From the NCBI GenBank assembly GCA_963666485.2, contig CAXXUO010000008.1, positions 1-64,000 on the forward strand: DNA of 64,000 nt. Reading direction: 5' to 3'. The position numbers and the translations under genes are program-made. This stretch comes from Syntrophorhabdaceae bacterium. Lineage in GTDB: Bacteria; Desulfobacterota; Syntrophorhabdia; Syntrophorhabdales; Syntrophorhabdaceae. The notes below the pieces were generated by a model. The model was not told the DNA's origin. It saw nothing but the letters and a program-made list of their open reading frames with translations, and did no database searches. The stretch's first letter is position 1. Every line of letters begins with the position of its first letter. Below, piece by piece: positions 18,065 through 27,390 of this stretch.

Positions 18065-18807
18065 TCTGACACCAGCCTGTCACAAATTTTTGAAAGTGCC
18101 CGCGTCGCCTCGCAGTTCGGAAAGTGCTCGGCCCACAATCTCTGCCTGCGCGTCGCGGCGTTGACGTTCTGATCGAGAGGTATAAAGCCGAAATAATCGA
18201 GGTACACGTCGAGGAACCTGTCGGTCACCCCGACCAGTTTCCTGTAAAGTTCCAGGGCTTCGCTCTCTTCCTTCACCATATTGACGACAATGTTGAAATC
18301 CTTTCTGCCTGTTCTCGTGCTCAGGACCTTGATCATTGCATACGAATCCGTGATGCTTGCCGGGTCCGGCGTGACGACGATAAAGATCTGTTCGCTCAAG
18401 GAATTGAAGTAAACAACGTTGGACGATATTCCCGCCGAGGTGTCGACGATCAGGTAATCATGCTCAGGCAGGCAAGCAAGCGAACTCAAGAGGACCGCCC
18501 TTTCATTCTGGTTCAATTCCGAGCATTCGCTCACCCCGGATGTCGCAGGGATTATCCGGATCCCGCACGGCCCGTTCAGGATGATCTCGTCCATCTGGCG
18601 CGACCCGTCCATAACATCCTTGATGTTGAATTTCGACACCATCCCGAACATGATATCGATATTCCCCAGCGAAAGGTCCGCATCGAGAATGAAGGTCGAT
18701 CTGCTCCGGTTCCCGAGCAGGTATGCCATGTTGGATGCGATGGATGATTTCCCGACACCACCCTTGCCGCTCGTTATCGTTATCGTCCTGCGCCCGTTCC
18801 TTACCAT
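18061..18807 (-). CDS. flhG: MinD-like flagellar number regulator FlhG/FleN
   Basis: TSGKGGVGKS, DADLSLGN, IVDTSAG, TPDPASITDSYAMIK; ATG 18807. Confidence 0.92.
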   Translation of the reverse strand: MVRNGRRTITITSGKGGVGKSSIASNMAYLLGNRSRSTFILDADLSLGNIDIMFGMVSKFNIKDVMDGSRQMDEIILNGPCGIRIIPATSGVSECSELNQNERAVLLSSLACLPEHDYLIVDTSAGISSNVVYFNSLSEQIFIVVTPDPASITDSYAMIKVLSTRTGRKDFNIVVNMVKEESEALELYRKLVGVTDRFLDVYLDYFGFIPLDQNVNAATRRQRLWAEHFPNCEATRALSKICDRLVSE

Positions 18808-19847
18808 GTCTTTCCCTCGATCAGGATCGTACCGAAGGTGTCCGGCCCCGGGACCACGATGTCCTTCGCTTCCGTTCCGCCCGTTAAGGCCGCAATAGGC
18901 CGGTTGAGCCTTAAGATCGTGTTGCACACGGTGCCGAACCTGTCGTATTCGTCAAGCTTCGTAAAGACGAGTCCCTCTATCGAGACATAATTCATTATGC
19001 CAAGATAGTGGTCAATTGCTTCATCCCTGGCACCGGCAGGGATGACCACCAGTTTCTTCATCCCGGGAAGGTACTGGACGGCGTCCCGCTGATGGGTGAT
19101 ATGCCCCGTAATGTCAACGATCCTGGCCCCCTGTTCGTCCTGGGCACCGTTTCTCAGGTCCGCGGCATTCGAGATGAATTGAACGGGGATCGAGGTCTTT
19201 CCTGAAAAATTGATATATTCACTGTACGTACCCCTTTTAACCGGATCAAAAGCAATGATCACAGGGTCCAGGCCCTCTTCTTTCATGGCTGCTGCCAGTT
19301 TCTTTGCTGTCTCCGTCTTGCCGGACCCCGTTGGCCCGATGAGGGCGATCGACGCGCCTGCAGACATAACTTTACAGAGGCTTATTCGTTTCCCGAGCCG
19401 GGACTTGAGCATGAAGGCCGATTTCAAACTATTCTCCGAAAGGCTCCCCATTTCCGCAAAGACTTCCGAGACAAGGGACAGGGCAACGTACCGGTCGAGC
19501 CCGGACCGGACCATCCGGTCGTACAATACCTTGAGCGCCGTCGGGTAGGCCTTCAGCCTGTCGGTGAGCATGTCGGTTTCAATGGACACCAGCCGGTCGG
19601 AAAGGTACTTTGCCGCATCACTCCAGATGGCCTCGGTCTTTTTCCTGATATCACCGAGATTGTTCTCCATAGCGGTGAACGGGTCGTCGTCAAGGGCGAT
19701 CGATATCTCGCAGCCGCAGCCCTCCGTCCCGTTGCCGTTCGCGGTATTGTGCTTGACGTCAACGATGATCGTATCCGGGCCGAACTGTTCCTTCAGGATT
19801 TCCATTCCCTTACGGACGTCTTCGAAAGTATAGGTTTTAACTCTCAT
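18801..19847 (-). CDS. flhF: SRP-family GTPase FlhF (divergent)
   Basis: MRVKTY N-terminus, GPTGSGKT, FTKLDE; lies between flhA and flhG. Confidence 0.85.
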   Translation of the reverse strand: MRVKTYTFEDVRKGMEILKEQFGPDTIIVDVKHNTANGNGTEGCGCEISIALDDDPFTAMENNLGDIRKKTEAIWSDAAKYLSDRLVSIETDMLTDRLKAYPTALKVLYDRMVRSGLDRYVALSLVSEVFAEMGSLSENSLKSAFMLKSRLGKRISLCKVMSAGASIALIGPTGSGKTETAKKLAAAMKEEGLDPVIIAFDPVKRGTYSEYINFSGKTSIPVQFISNAADLRNGAQDEQGARIVDITGHITHQRDAVQYLPGMKKLVVIPAGARDEAIDHYLGIMNYVSIEGLVFTKLDEYDRFGTVCNTILRLNRPIAALTGGTEAKDIVVPGPDTFGTILIEGKTW

Positions 19848-21894
19848 TTATACGTATGACCCCCACTGATTGTATTCTGATCTGCGGCGGAATCTCGTTG
19901 TGCGATATCACCGTGATGCCCTGGATATAACGGTCAAGGAACCTTCTCAGCCTGCCCCGCAGCAAGGGATGGACGAGAAGGACAGGCTGGTAGTTCTGGA
20001 GCATCGCCTTTTTTGCTTCAGTGCCGATCTTCTCGATGAGCTTCTGGCTGAACGACAGGTCGAGGGCAAGGACCGACCCCTGGTCCGTGTTCTGGATAGC
20101 ATTGATAAGCCTCTCTTCAAGGGTCTTTTCAAGGATGTGGATGTTGAGGATGCCGTCGACCAGGTAAGGCTTCAATATGCTTCGCGCCATGCGCTGGCGG
20201 ACATATTCCGTGATCGTATCGGGGTCCCTCGTCGATGACGATGCATCCGCCACCGCCTCGAGGATCGTTATCAGGTCGCGGATGGACACCTGCTCCCGTA
20301 AGAGGTTCTGCAGGACCTTCTGGACTATGCCGACGTTCACCTGGTTCTGGGATATCTCCTCGATCACCTTCTGGTGTGTCGGCGCGACGTTATCGATCAG
20401 TTTCTGGGTCTCCTGCCGGGTAAGCAGTTCGTGGGCATTGTTGCGGACAAGTTCTGTCAGGTGCGTCGCGATGACCGTCGCGTGGTCAACAACCGTAAAA
20501 CCTTCCGCCAGGTACGCCTCGCGGTCCCTCTCCGCTATCCAGTATGCGTCGAGGTTGAACACCGGCTCCTTCGTAGGTATGCCGTCCGTGGGCCTTTCCT
20601 TGCCTTCGGGGCCCATGGCGAGGAGGCTCCCCGAGATAAGGCTGCCGCGGCCCATCTCGATCCCTTTCAAAAGGACGATATATTCAGACGCCCCGAGCTG
20701 CAGGTTGTCCCTGAGCTTCATGGGCGGCACGACGATGCCGAGCTCGATCGCGATCTGTTTGCGGATTGCCCGTATCTTTTCGAGGAGCTCGCCGTTCTGC
20801 TCGGCATCCACGATGGGTATGAGACCGTAGCCGATCTCGACCTCGAGTATCTCGAGCGGTTGGATGAAATCTGCCTTCTCCTTTGCCTCCAGGGAGACAT
20901 CCGGAACGGCGGGGAGCTCTTCCTGCGGCACCTTTTTCATCACGTGGCCCACGCCGTAGGTTATGGACGAGAGGATGAGAAAGGGGACGAGCGGGATGCC
21001 CGGCACCATGCCGATCGACAGGATGACGAAGGAGGCGAGGACAAGCGCCTTCGGCTGCGTGAAGAGCTGGGAGACGACGTCGCTCCCGAGGTTCGACTCG
21101 CTCGCCGCGCGGGTCACGATGATGCCTGCCGCCGTTGACGTCAGGAGCGCCGGGATCTGGGCGACAAGGCCTTCGCCTATCGTCAGTATCGTGTAAACGG
21201 ACAGGGCGTCATTTATGTCCATCCCCTTCTGGACGATGCCGATCACCAACCCGCCGATGATGTTGACAAAAATGATGATGATGCCGGCGATCGCGTCGCC
21301 GCGGACGAACTTGCTTGAACCATCCATCGCGCCATAGAAATCGGCTTCCATCTCGACGCGTTCCCTGCGCCTGCGCGCCGTCATGTCGTCGATAAGGCCG
21401 GCATTGAGATCGGCATCGATGCTCATCTGCTTGCCCGGCATGGCGTCGAGGGTAAAACGCGCGGCAACCTCGGCCACGCGGCCCGCACCTTTCGTTATGA
21501 CGACGAAGTTGATGATCATGAGGATGAGGAAGACAACGGCGCCGACAACATAATTGCCGCCAACGATGAACGTCCCGAAACCCTTGATGATCTGTCCCGC
21601 CGCACTCGCCCCCTCATCGCCGTGGACCAGGATAAGGCGCGTCGATGCGATGTTGAGCGACAACCTGAACAGGGTCACAATGAGGAGGATGGAGGGAAAG
21701 ACCGAGAAATCGAGCGGCTTCTTTATGTACATTGCTATGAAAAGGATGAGCAGCGAAATAGAGATGCTCATCGACAGGAAGATGTCGATGAAAAAGCTGT
21801 TGAGCGGGACGATCATGATCATGATGACAAAAACGACACTGACCGCTATCAGCATGTCGCTTTTGTTTTTGAGACTGGCCGCCATTACGCTCAT
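19837..21894 (-). CDS. flhA: Flagellar export protein FlhA
   Basis: FSVFPSILL, RVAEVAARFTLDAMPGKQMSIDADL, FYGAMDGSSKFVRGDAIAG. Confidence 0.98.
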   Translation of the reverse strand: MSVMAASLKNKSDMLIAVSVVFVIMIMIVPLNSFFIDIFLSMSISISLLILFIAMYIKKPLDFSVFPSILLIVTLFRLSLNIASTRLILVHGDEGASAAGQIIKGFGTFIVGGNYVVGAVVFLILMIINFVVITKGAGRVAEVAARFTLDAMPGKQMSIDADLNAGLIDDMTARRRRERVEMEADFYGAMDGSSKFVRGDAIAGIIIIFVNIIGGLVIGIVQKGMDINDALSVYTILTIGEGLVAQIPALLTSTAAGIIVTRAASESNLGSDVVSQLFTQPKALVLASFVILSIGMVPGIPLVPFLILSSITYGVGHVMKKVPQEELPAVPDVSLEAKEKADFIQPLEILEVEIGYGLIPIVDAEQNGELLEKIRAIRKQIAIELGIVVPPMKLRDNLQLGASEYIVLLKGIEMGRGSLISGSLLAMGPEGKERPTDGIPTKEPVFNLDAYWIAERDREAYLAEGFTVVDHATVIATHLTELVRNNAHELLTRQETQKLIDNVAPTHQKVIEEISQNQVNVGIVQKVLQNLLREQVSIRDLITILEAVADASSSTRDPDTITEYVRQRMARSILKPYLVDGILNIHILEKTLEERLINAIQNTDQGSVLALDLSFSQKLIEKIGTEAKKAMLQNYQPVLLVHPLLRGRLRRFLDRYIQGITVISHNEIPPQIRIQSVGVIRINES

Positions 21895-22958
21895 GACAGC
21901 AGTCCTTTCCCTTTACGCCTGAAGATGCTCGCCAGGAGCTCGGCAACGATCAGGTAAAAATTCTCGGGGATGTAATCGCCTACTTTTACCGCGTGATAAA
22001 GTCCCTGGGCGAGCGGTTTGTTCTCGACGAGCGGTACCCGGTGTTTCGCGGCGAGCTCTTTTATCCTGAGCGCCATGAAACCGGCCCCTTTTGCAACGAC
22101 CCGGGGGGCGGGCATTTCATACGCCGTATATTTCAGTGCGATGGCGAAATGCGTCGGGTTCGTCACGATCACGTCCGCCGTCTTGACATCGTCCATCATC
22201 CTGCGGCGCGACATTTCGCGCTGAAGGCTCCTGATGCGCGACTTGACGAGAGGGTTGCCTTCCCGTTCCTTGTACTCTTCCTTGACCTCCTGCATGGTCA
22301 TCATCATCGACTTCCTGAAATCCCATTTCTGGTACGCAAAATCGAGGGCCGCAATGAAGAGGAAGACAAGCCCTACCTTCACGGTCAGCCGGAATGCGGT
22401 CTCGCCGAGGAAGTTGACGATCGTGCCCGGGTCCTGTCCCGTCAGGCCGAATATAATGGGCATCTGGCTTATGATCAGGCTTTTTGCGACGTAGCACAGG
22501 CACACGATCTTTATGCCCGACTTGACGAGCTCGACCATAGATTTTCGCGACACGAGGTTCTTTATCCCCTCAACGGGATTCAGCTTGTTGAAGTCGAATT
22601 TCAGGGCCTCGGTGCTGAACATGAAGCCTGACTGGAGGATGCTCCCGGCAAGGCCGAGGACCATGATGACGCCGAAAACGGGCCCGACGATATACCACCA
22701 GCGCATGATGCTGAACGACATGATCTCGCTCATATTGCCCGGGCCGACCTCCAGGTTCGCGTTGCGCGCGAAGGTCGCATAGAACTTGAACATTTCCTGG
22801 AAGCCTTTCGACATCATGAAATAGAGGAAGATCGTGGAAAAGAGGATGATGATGGCGGTGTTGGCCTCGCGGGATATCGCGATCTTGCCTTTTTTGCGCG
22901 CATCCTCCAACCTTTTATCGGTTGGCTGCTCCGTCTTTTCCTGAAAATTCTCTGACAT
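21891..22958 (-). CDS. flhB: Flagellar export switch protein FlhB
   Basis: EKTEQPT, EVKEEYKEREGNP and an intact NPTH autocleavage motif. Confidence 0.97.
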   Translation of the reverse strand: MSENFQEKTEQPTDKRLEDARKKGKIAISREANTAIIILFSTIFLYFMMSKGFQEMFKFYATFARNANLEVGPGNMSEIMSFSIMRWWYIVGPVFGVIMVLGLAGSILQSGFMFSTEALKFDFNKLNPVEGIKNLVSRKSMVELVKSGIKIVCLCYVAKSLIISQMPIIFGLTGQDPGTIVNFLGETAFRLTVKVGLVFLFIAALDFAYQKWDFRKSMMMTMQEVKEEYKEREGNPLVKSRIRSLQREMSRRRMMDDVKTADVIVTNPTHFAIALKYTAYEMPAPRVVAKGAGFMALRIKELAAKHRVPLVENKPLAQGLYHAVKVGDYIPENFYLIVAELLASIFRRKGKGLLS

Positions 22959-22961
22959 GTC

Positions 22962-23735
22962 CTATCCCATCATCCGGATCACCCGGACGAAATCTGTTTC
23001 AAGGCCCTTGAACAATGACGCCATGGCCGGCACGATATACCCGAGCGACATGCCGAGCATGAGCACGGTGATCAGTATCTTCGCGGGAAGGGCGTCGACG
23101 AACACGTTCGCCTGCGGTATCATGCGCGACATGATGCCGAATGAAAGTTCCACGAGAAATAAGGTCACGATGATCGGGGCCCCTATCCTGAATGCGGCCC
23201 CGAAGAGGCCCGCCGTTGCCTTGATGAGGAACCCCGCGAGCGGTGCATTGAGGGACGCCGTTCCCACAGGAAGGGTATTGAGGCTGTATGCGATGCCCTG
23301 TATGAGCATGTGGTGCGCATCGATGACGAAGAATATCAGGATCGCGATAAGGTTCTTTATCTGCTCGATCATGGAGACCTGGTGCTGGCTCGTCGGGTCC
23401 ATGAGCCGGGCGAAGGACATGCCCGACTGGAGAGAGATGATCTCACCCGACATGCTCGCGGCATTGAACGCAAGCCGCACGACAAATCCGATCGTGGCCC
23501 CGATAAAGACCTCCTTGAAGCACAGCATGAGCAGCATGAAGGGATCCTGCTGCGGCGTAAAGTTCACCTTGACGAGATCGAAAAGGAGGTACGCTATCAG
23601 CAGGGAAAGGCCGCCTTTGAATATTGCCGATACCATGCGCGCCGAGAAGATGGGCACCATGAAAATAACCGCGGCCACGCGGAAGAAGACCAGGAGGAAT
23701 TTTTCGATCTCGAATGTTAGCGTCAGGTTCGCCAT
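22962..23735 (-). CDS. fliR: Flagellar export protein FliR
   Basis: Hydrophobic; LQSGMSFARLMDP, SRMIPQANVF; position in cluster. Confidence 0.94.
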   Translation of the reverse strand: MANLTLTFEIEKFLLVFFRVAAVIFMVPIFSARMVSAIFKGGLSLLIAYLLFDLVKVNFTPQQDPFMLLMLCFKEVFIGATIGFVVRLAFNAASMSGEIISLQSGMSFARLMDPTSQHQVSMIEQIKNLIAILIFFVIDAHHMLIQGIAYSLNTLPVGTASLNAPLAGFLIKATAGLFGAAFRIGAPIIVTLFLVELSFGIMSRMIPQANVFVDALPAKILITVLMLGMSLGYIVPAMASLFKGLETDFVRVIRMMG

Positions 23736-24004
23736 TATTTCACGTAAAGTGGGATATTGCTTATAATGTTCGTCGTGAAAGAGACCGCGAAATTCATCAT
23801 CCAGGGGAACAGGACAATGAGGCAGATCGAAATGACGAGGATCTTCGGGACAAAGACCAGGGTCATTTCATGGATCTGTGTCGCCGCCTGGAAGATGCTT
23901 ATCAAAAGCCCGACAACGATCGATGCGATCAAAAGCGGCGACATGAGGATAAGCGTCGACTTGAGAAAGTCTCTGAAGATCTGGATAACAAGGTCCTGGC
24001 TCAT
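23735..24004 (-). CDS. fliQ: Flagellar export protein FliQ
   Basis: VGLLISIFQAATQIHEMTLVFVPK. Confidence 0.96.
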   Translation of the reverse strand: MSQDLVIQIFRDFLKSTLILMSPLLIASIVVGLLISIFQAATQIHEMTLVFVPKILVISICLIVLFPWMMNFAVSFTTNIISNIPLYVK

Positions 24005-24016
24005 AATTATCTCCCT

Positions 24017-24763
24017 TTAAAAACCTTTTATGATGGAGCCCACAAGGAGGTTCCACCCGTCCACAAGGACGAACAGCATGACCTTAAACGGCAGGGATAT
24101 GAAGATAGGAGGAAGCATCATCATCCCCGCGGAAAGCAGAACGCTCGCGACAACCATGTCTATCATGAGGAACGGTATGTACAGGAGAAAACCGATCTGG
24201 AACGCCCGTTTCAGTTCGCTGATGGCAAATGCCGGGACTATGACCTTAAGGGGCAGGTCCTTCGGCGAATCGGGCCTTTTCATTTTCGCAATGTTCATGA
24301 AAAGAGCGAGGTCTTTTTCCTTGGTATACTTGAGCATGAACACGCCGAGCTCATGCGTCGATTTGTCCATGAACTCCTCGAACTGTATCTTGTTGGCAAG
24401 ATAGGGTTTAAGGGCGGTCTCGTTCACTTTTTCGTACGTCGGCGCCATGATAAAGAGCGTAAGAAAGAGTGAAAGGCCTATCAGGACCTGGTTCGGCGGG
24501 AGCTGCTGAATGCCCATCGCCTGGCGCAGGAATGACAGCACGATGATGATCCGGGTAAACGAGCTCATAAGGAGCAATATTGCGGGGGCGAATGCGAGGA
24601 CCGTCAGGACGATCACGATATTGATGAGGTTCCTGCCCCCATCAGCGCCCACAAGTGAATTAAGGATATTCGTATTGGCCGGTGCCTTTTCGGCCTTTGC
24701 AGCCGCAACGGCCGGGAGTGCCATCAGGGTCATTATGAGGGCCAGGATAACGAGCCGTTTCAT
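24017..24763 (-). CDS. fliP: Flagellar export protein FliP
   Basis: SFTRIIIVLSFLRQA, PPNQVL, PAFAISELKRAFQIGF, GMMMLPP, FVLVDGW. Confidence 0.97.
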   Translation of the reverse strand: MKRLVILALIMTLMALPAVAAAKAEKAPANTNILNSLVGADGGRNLINIVIVLTVLAFAPAILLLMSSFTRIIIVLSFLRQAMGIQQLPPNQVLIGLSLFLTLFIMAPTYEKVNETALKPYLANKIQFEEFMDKSTHELGVFMLKYTKEKDLALFMNIAKMKRPDSPKDLPLKVIVPAFAISELKRAFQIGFLLYIPFLMIDMVVASVLLSAGMMMLPPIFISLPFKVMLFVLVDGWNLLVGSIIKGF

Positions 24764-25035
24764 GCGTTATCTCCCCCCTTCTTCCACCGGGCAAGCAGCG
24801 ACATCTCTTTCTCCCCGGCGCCGATAACGAGGACGTGGTCCTTAACTTCGACGACCGATATGAATTTCTTGTATCCCAGGTATATCGTGTCCACTTTTTT
24901 CAGGCCGTAGCCGGATGCGTTCTTTGCCCCGAACCTGAAATTCATCTTCGTGGCATACCGGCTTAAGAGATAGATCCCCGCGATCATCCCGGCCATGATA
25001 AAAATGACTTTGATTATGCCAAGGTACATATCCAT
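24760..25035 (-). CDS. fliO: Flagellar protein FliO
   Basis: One TM helix then LGYKKFISVVEV..LVIG; lies between fliN and fliP. Confidence 0.8.
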   Translation of the reverse strand: MDMYLGIIKVIFIMAGMIAGIYLLSRYATKMNFRFGAKNASGYGLKKVDTIYLGYKKFISVVEVKDHVLVIGAGEKEMSLLARWKKGGDNA

Positions 25036-25346
25036 CAGCCAAGCTCCTGGACCCTTTCCTTCGGGGTGAGTATCTCCATTATCCTCACGCCGAGCCGCTC
25101 GTTGACGAGGACTATCTCTCCCTTCCCGAGAAGCTTGTCGTTCACGTAAATGTCGACCGATTCACCGGCTATCTTGTTGAGTTCGATTATCGAGCCTTTC
25201 GACAGGGCAAGCAACTCGCCGATGGTAAGCTTCGTCCGGCCGATCTCGACGCTGATCTCCACGGAGATATCGAGAAGGCTGTCGAGGTTCATCTCGAATT
25301 TTTTTACCGTCCCGTTCTGGCCCTGAACTTCATTCATCTCTTCCAT
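25035..25346 (-). CDS. fliN: Flagellar motor switch protein FliN
   Basis: LLDISVEISVEIGR, GSIIELNKIAGE, GEIVLVNERLGVRI. Confidence 0.95.
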   Translation of the reverse strand: MEEMNEVQGQNGTVKKFEMNLDSLLDISVEISVEIGRTKLTIGELLALSKGSIIELNKIAGESVDIYVNDKLLGKGEIVLVNERLGVRIMEILTPKERVQELG

Positions 25347-25361
25347 TCTTCCTCCCGAAAA

Positions 25362-26348
25362 CTATTGGACAACGGCATCGACCTTCACTGCCTTGCTGCC
25401 CTTGAAAACGCCCATCTTGCCGTGAAATTTCGTTTTCTTGTGGATCTCGATATCGATGGCGTCATTGACGTAGCGGTCGACCATGATGACGTTCCCGGTC
25501 CCCAGGGCTGCAAACTCGTGAAGGGGCATTCTTTTGCGGCCGAGGATCGCCCTGACCTCCACGGGTACCTCCATGATGCGTTCGCGCATCCTGCCATACC
25601 ATTTTTCCCGCATGTCCATGTCTTCCCGGGAAGGCGTCGATATCAGGTATCCCTTTATGCTCTCGAGAACGCCGTAGGGCATACAGATCTTCATCCAGCT
25701 CGTTATATCCCCGACCTCTATCGAGAACTCGTTGAGGCTGACCGTCTCCTCTTTCGCCACCATCGTTATGTAATTCGGGTTGATCTCGGAGCGGGAGTAC
25801 TTGCAGTTAATTGCGTAGACAGGCTCCCACGCCTTTTCCATCTCGCCGGAGACGAGGTCGATGAGCTTCTTGATCACGTTGAACTCGATCTTCGTGAACT
25901 CCCTGCCCTCGATCCTCGCCGGTGAGATCGTCGCGCTGCCGAAAACGGTCTCGAGCACGGAGAAGATCAGCTTCGCATCAAATATCACGATGAAGAAACC
26001 GTTCAGGTTCTCCGTCACGACGATGTTCATGTTCGTCGGAAGGGGAAGCGTCTTGATGAACTCATTGTATTCGACATACTGCACAGGGGCGGCCCCGACC
26101 TCTATCTCGCGCTCCATGAAAAGCGACATGGCTGAACGGAACGATTTCGAGAACCGCTCGTATATGAACTCGAGGGCGGGAAGTCTTTCCTTCTTCCCCT
26201 TGGTAAAACGCATGAAATCGAAATCCGTGACCTGTCTCTCTTCAATGACCGGTGCTTCCTCGGTAAAGGCCGTCTCTGTGAGTATCTCGCCTTCCGATAT
26301 GCCGCCCAGAAGCGCATCAATTTCAGCCTGGGAAAGGACCTGGTCCAT
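25362..26348 (-). CDS. fliM: Flagellar motor switch protein FliM
   Basis: N-terminal LSQAEIDALL CheY-binding motif, REFTKIE, C-terminal SpoA domain. Confidence 0.95.
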   Translation of the reverse strand: MDQVLSQAEIDALLGGISEGEILTETAFTEEAPVIEERQVTDFDFMRFTKGKKERLPALEFIYERFSKSFRSAMSLFMEREIEVGAAPVQYVEYNEFIKTLPLPTNMNIVVTENLNGFFIVIFDAKLIFSVLETVFGSATISPARIEGREFTKIEFNVIKKLIDLVSGEMEKAWEPVYAINCKYSRSEINPNYITMVAKEETVSLNEFSIEVGDITSWMKICMPYGVLESIKGYLISTPSREDMDMREKWYGRMRERIMEVPVEVRAILGRKRMPLHEFAALGTGNVIMVDRYVNDAIDIEIHKKTKFHGKMGVFKGSKAVKVDAVVQ

Positions 26349-26355
26349 CAATACC

Positions 26356-26934
26356 TCACTGGATGATAATGTCGGTGATGTACACCGCTTTCAATTCTTC
26401 TTCGTTCTTGAAGATCGCTTTCAAATTGGCATGTACTTCCTTTTTCAAATTCTCACGCTGGTTGACGTCCATGAGCACTTCCGGGGTCTTGGAGCCGAAG
26501 ATAAATAGTATCCGGTCGCGGATGACCGGTATCATCTTCTTCGTCTCCTCCATTGCCTTGACATCTTTCACTTCCACTCCCAGGGAAACCTTCGCGTACT
26601 TGGACTGGTTTCCCGTGAGGTTGAAGACAAAAGGATCGAGCTGCAGAATAGGCCCGACCGCCTCTTTCTTCGCGACGGCGGCAACTGCAACCCCCGGTTT
26701 CTTGCCAAGGAGATTGGAGATATATTTCTTGCCGAACATGAAGTAGGCACCGGCACCGGCACCCACTATCATCACGAACACTATGACCAGTATCAGTTTC
26801 GCCTTGCTCTTTTTTGCGCCGGGCTTCTTTACCGGCTTTTCCTTTTTTGGCGCGGCCTCGGCCGGTGCGTCCTTCTTCGGGCCTGCCTTGGGGCCCTCAT
26901 CGAACATGTTCTTCTCGCGTTTTTCTTCGGCCAT
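26356..26934 (-). CDS. fliL: Flagellar basal-body protein FliL
   Basis: Single TM, LDPFVFNL, PVIRDRI, VYITDIIIQ C-terminus. Confidence 0.92.
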   Translation of the reverse strand: MAEEKREKNMFDEGPKAGPKKDAPAEAAPKKEKPVKKPGAKKSKAKLILVIVFVMIVGAGAGAYFMFGKKYISNLLGKKPGVAVAAVAKKEAVGPILQLDPFVFNLTGNQSKYAKVSLGVEVKDVKAMEETKKMIPVIRDRILFIFGSKTPEVLMDVNQRENLKKEVHANLKAIFKNEEELKAVYITDIIIQ

Positions 26935-26959
26935 AAGGATTCTCCTTGCCGAAGGTTAA

Positions 26960-26975
26960 AGCAATTAATATGCCA
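26960..26975 (-). promoter_or_regulatory. sigma54 -24/-12 promoter for the fliL operon
   Basis: Minus strand TGGCAT-ATTAA-TTGCT. Confidence 0.82.
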
Positions 26976-27040
26976 GAAAGAGATATCATTGGAATTACAG
27001 GACAAACGCGAGTCTAAAAGGATTTGACGGGGTGGGGCGC

Positions 27041-27054
27041 GTCAGCAAAATGAC
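27041..27054. promoter_or_regulatory. Candidate FleQ-type enhancer site
   Basis: GTCAGCAAAATGAC (GTCA-N6-TGAC), about 70 nt upstream of the -24 element. Confidence 0.45.
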
Positions 27055-27390
27055 GGTAAGGCAGGTGATAGGCGATAGGCAAGGGGCGAGGGGTTAAAAA
27101 TCGATCAGTAACAAAAAAGAAGATTAAGTGGAATAATAAAAAACAATACCTTGGATTCCGGCTTTCGCGGGAATGACCGATGGAGAATTGGATTCCTGTG
27201 CCCGGAGGGTACCGGTCCCTGCATGACAATCAGCTATATACAGATTTAGTTGCAAAAAATCCGACCAAACCGAAAGTGACTGTCATAAATGATCGGAGCA
27301 AACACAGGGGGGCCGGATCACGGCCCCCCTGATTATCGTTCATTCTTTCCTATGGCCTATTGCCCATTACCCATTACCTCTTACCTCTTA
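27054..27390. repeat. Heptamer-bounded intergenic cassette C with two single palindrome arms
   Basis: Left purine-rich 7-mers at 27054-27093. Right CCTATGG-CCTATTG-CCCATTA-CCCATTA-CCTCTTA-CCTCTTA (27349-27390) spans the flgE stop. Arms are TGGATTCCGGCTTTCGCGGGAATGAC (27152-27177) and a decayed copy at about 27188-27227. Confidence 0.7.
27305..27331 (-). terminator. Strong hairpin after flgE, likely terminator
   Basis: Perfect 11-bp stem CAGGGGGGCCG-GATCA-CGGCCCCCCTG; TGTTT follows on the minus strand. Confidence 0.65.
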
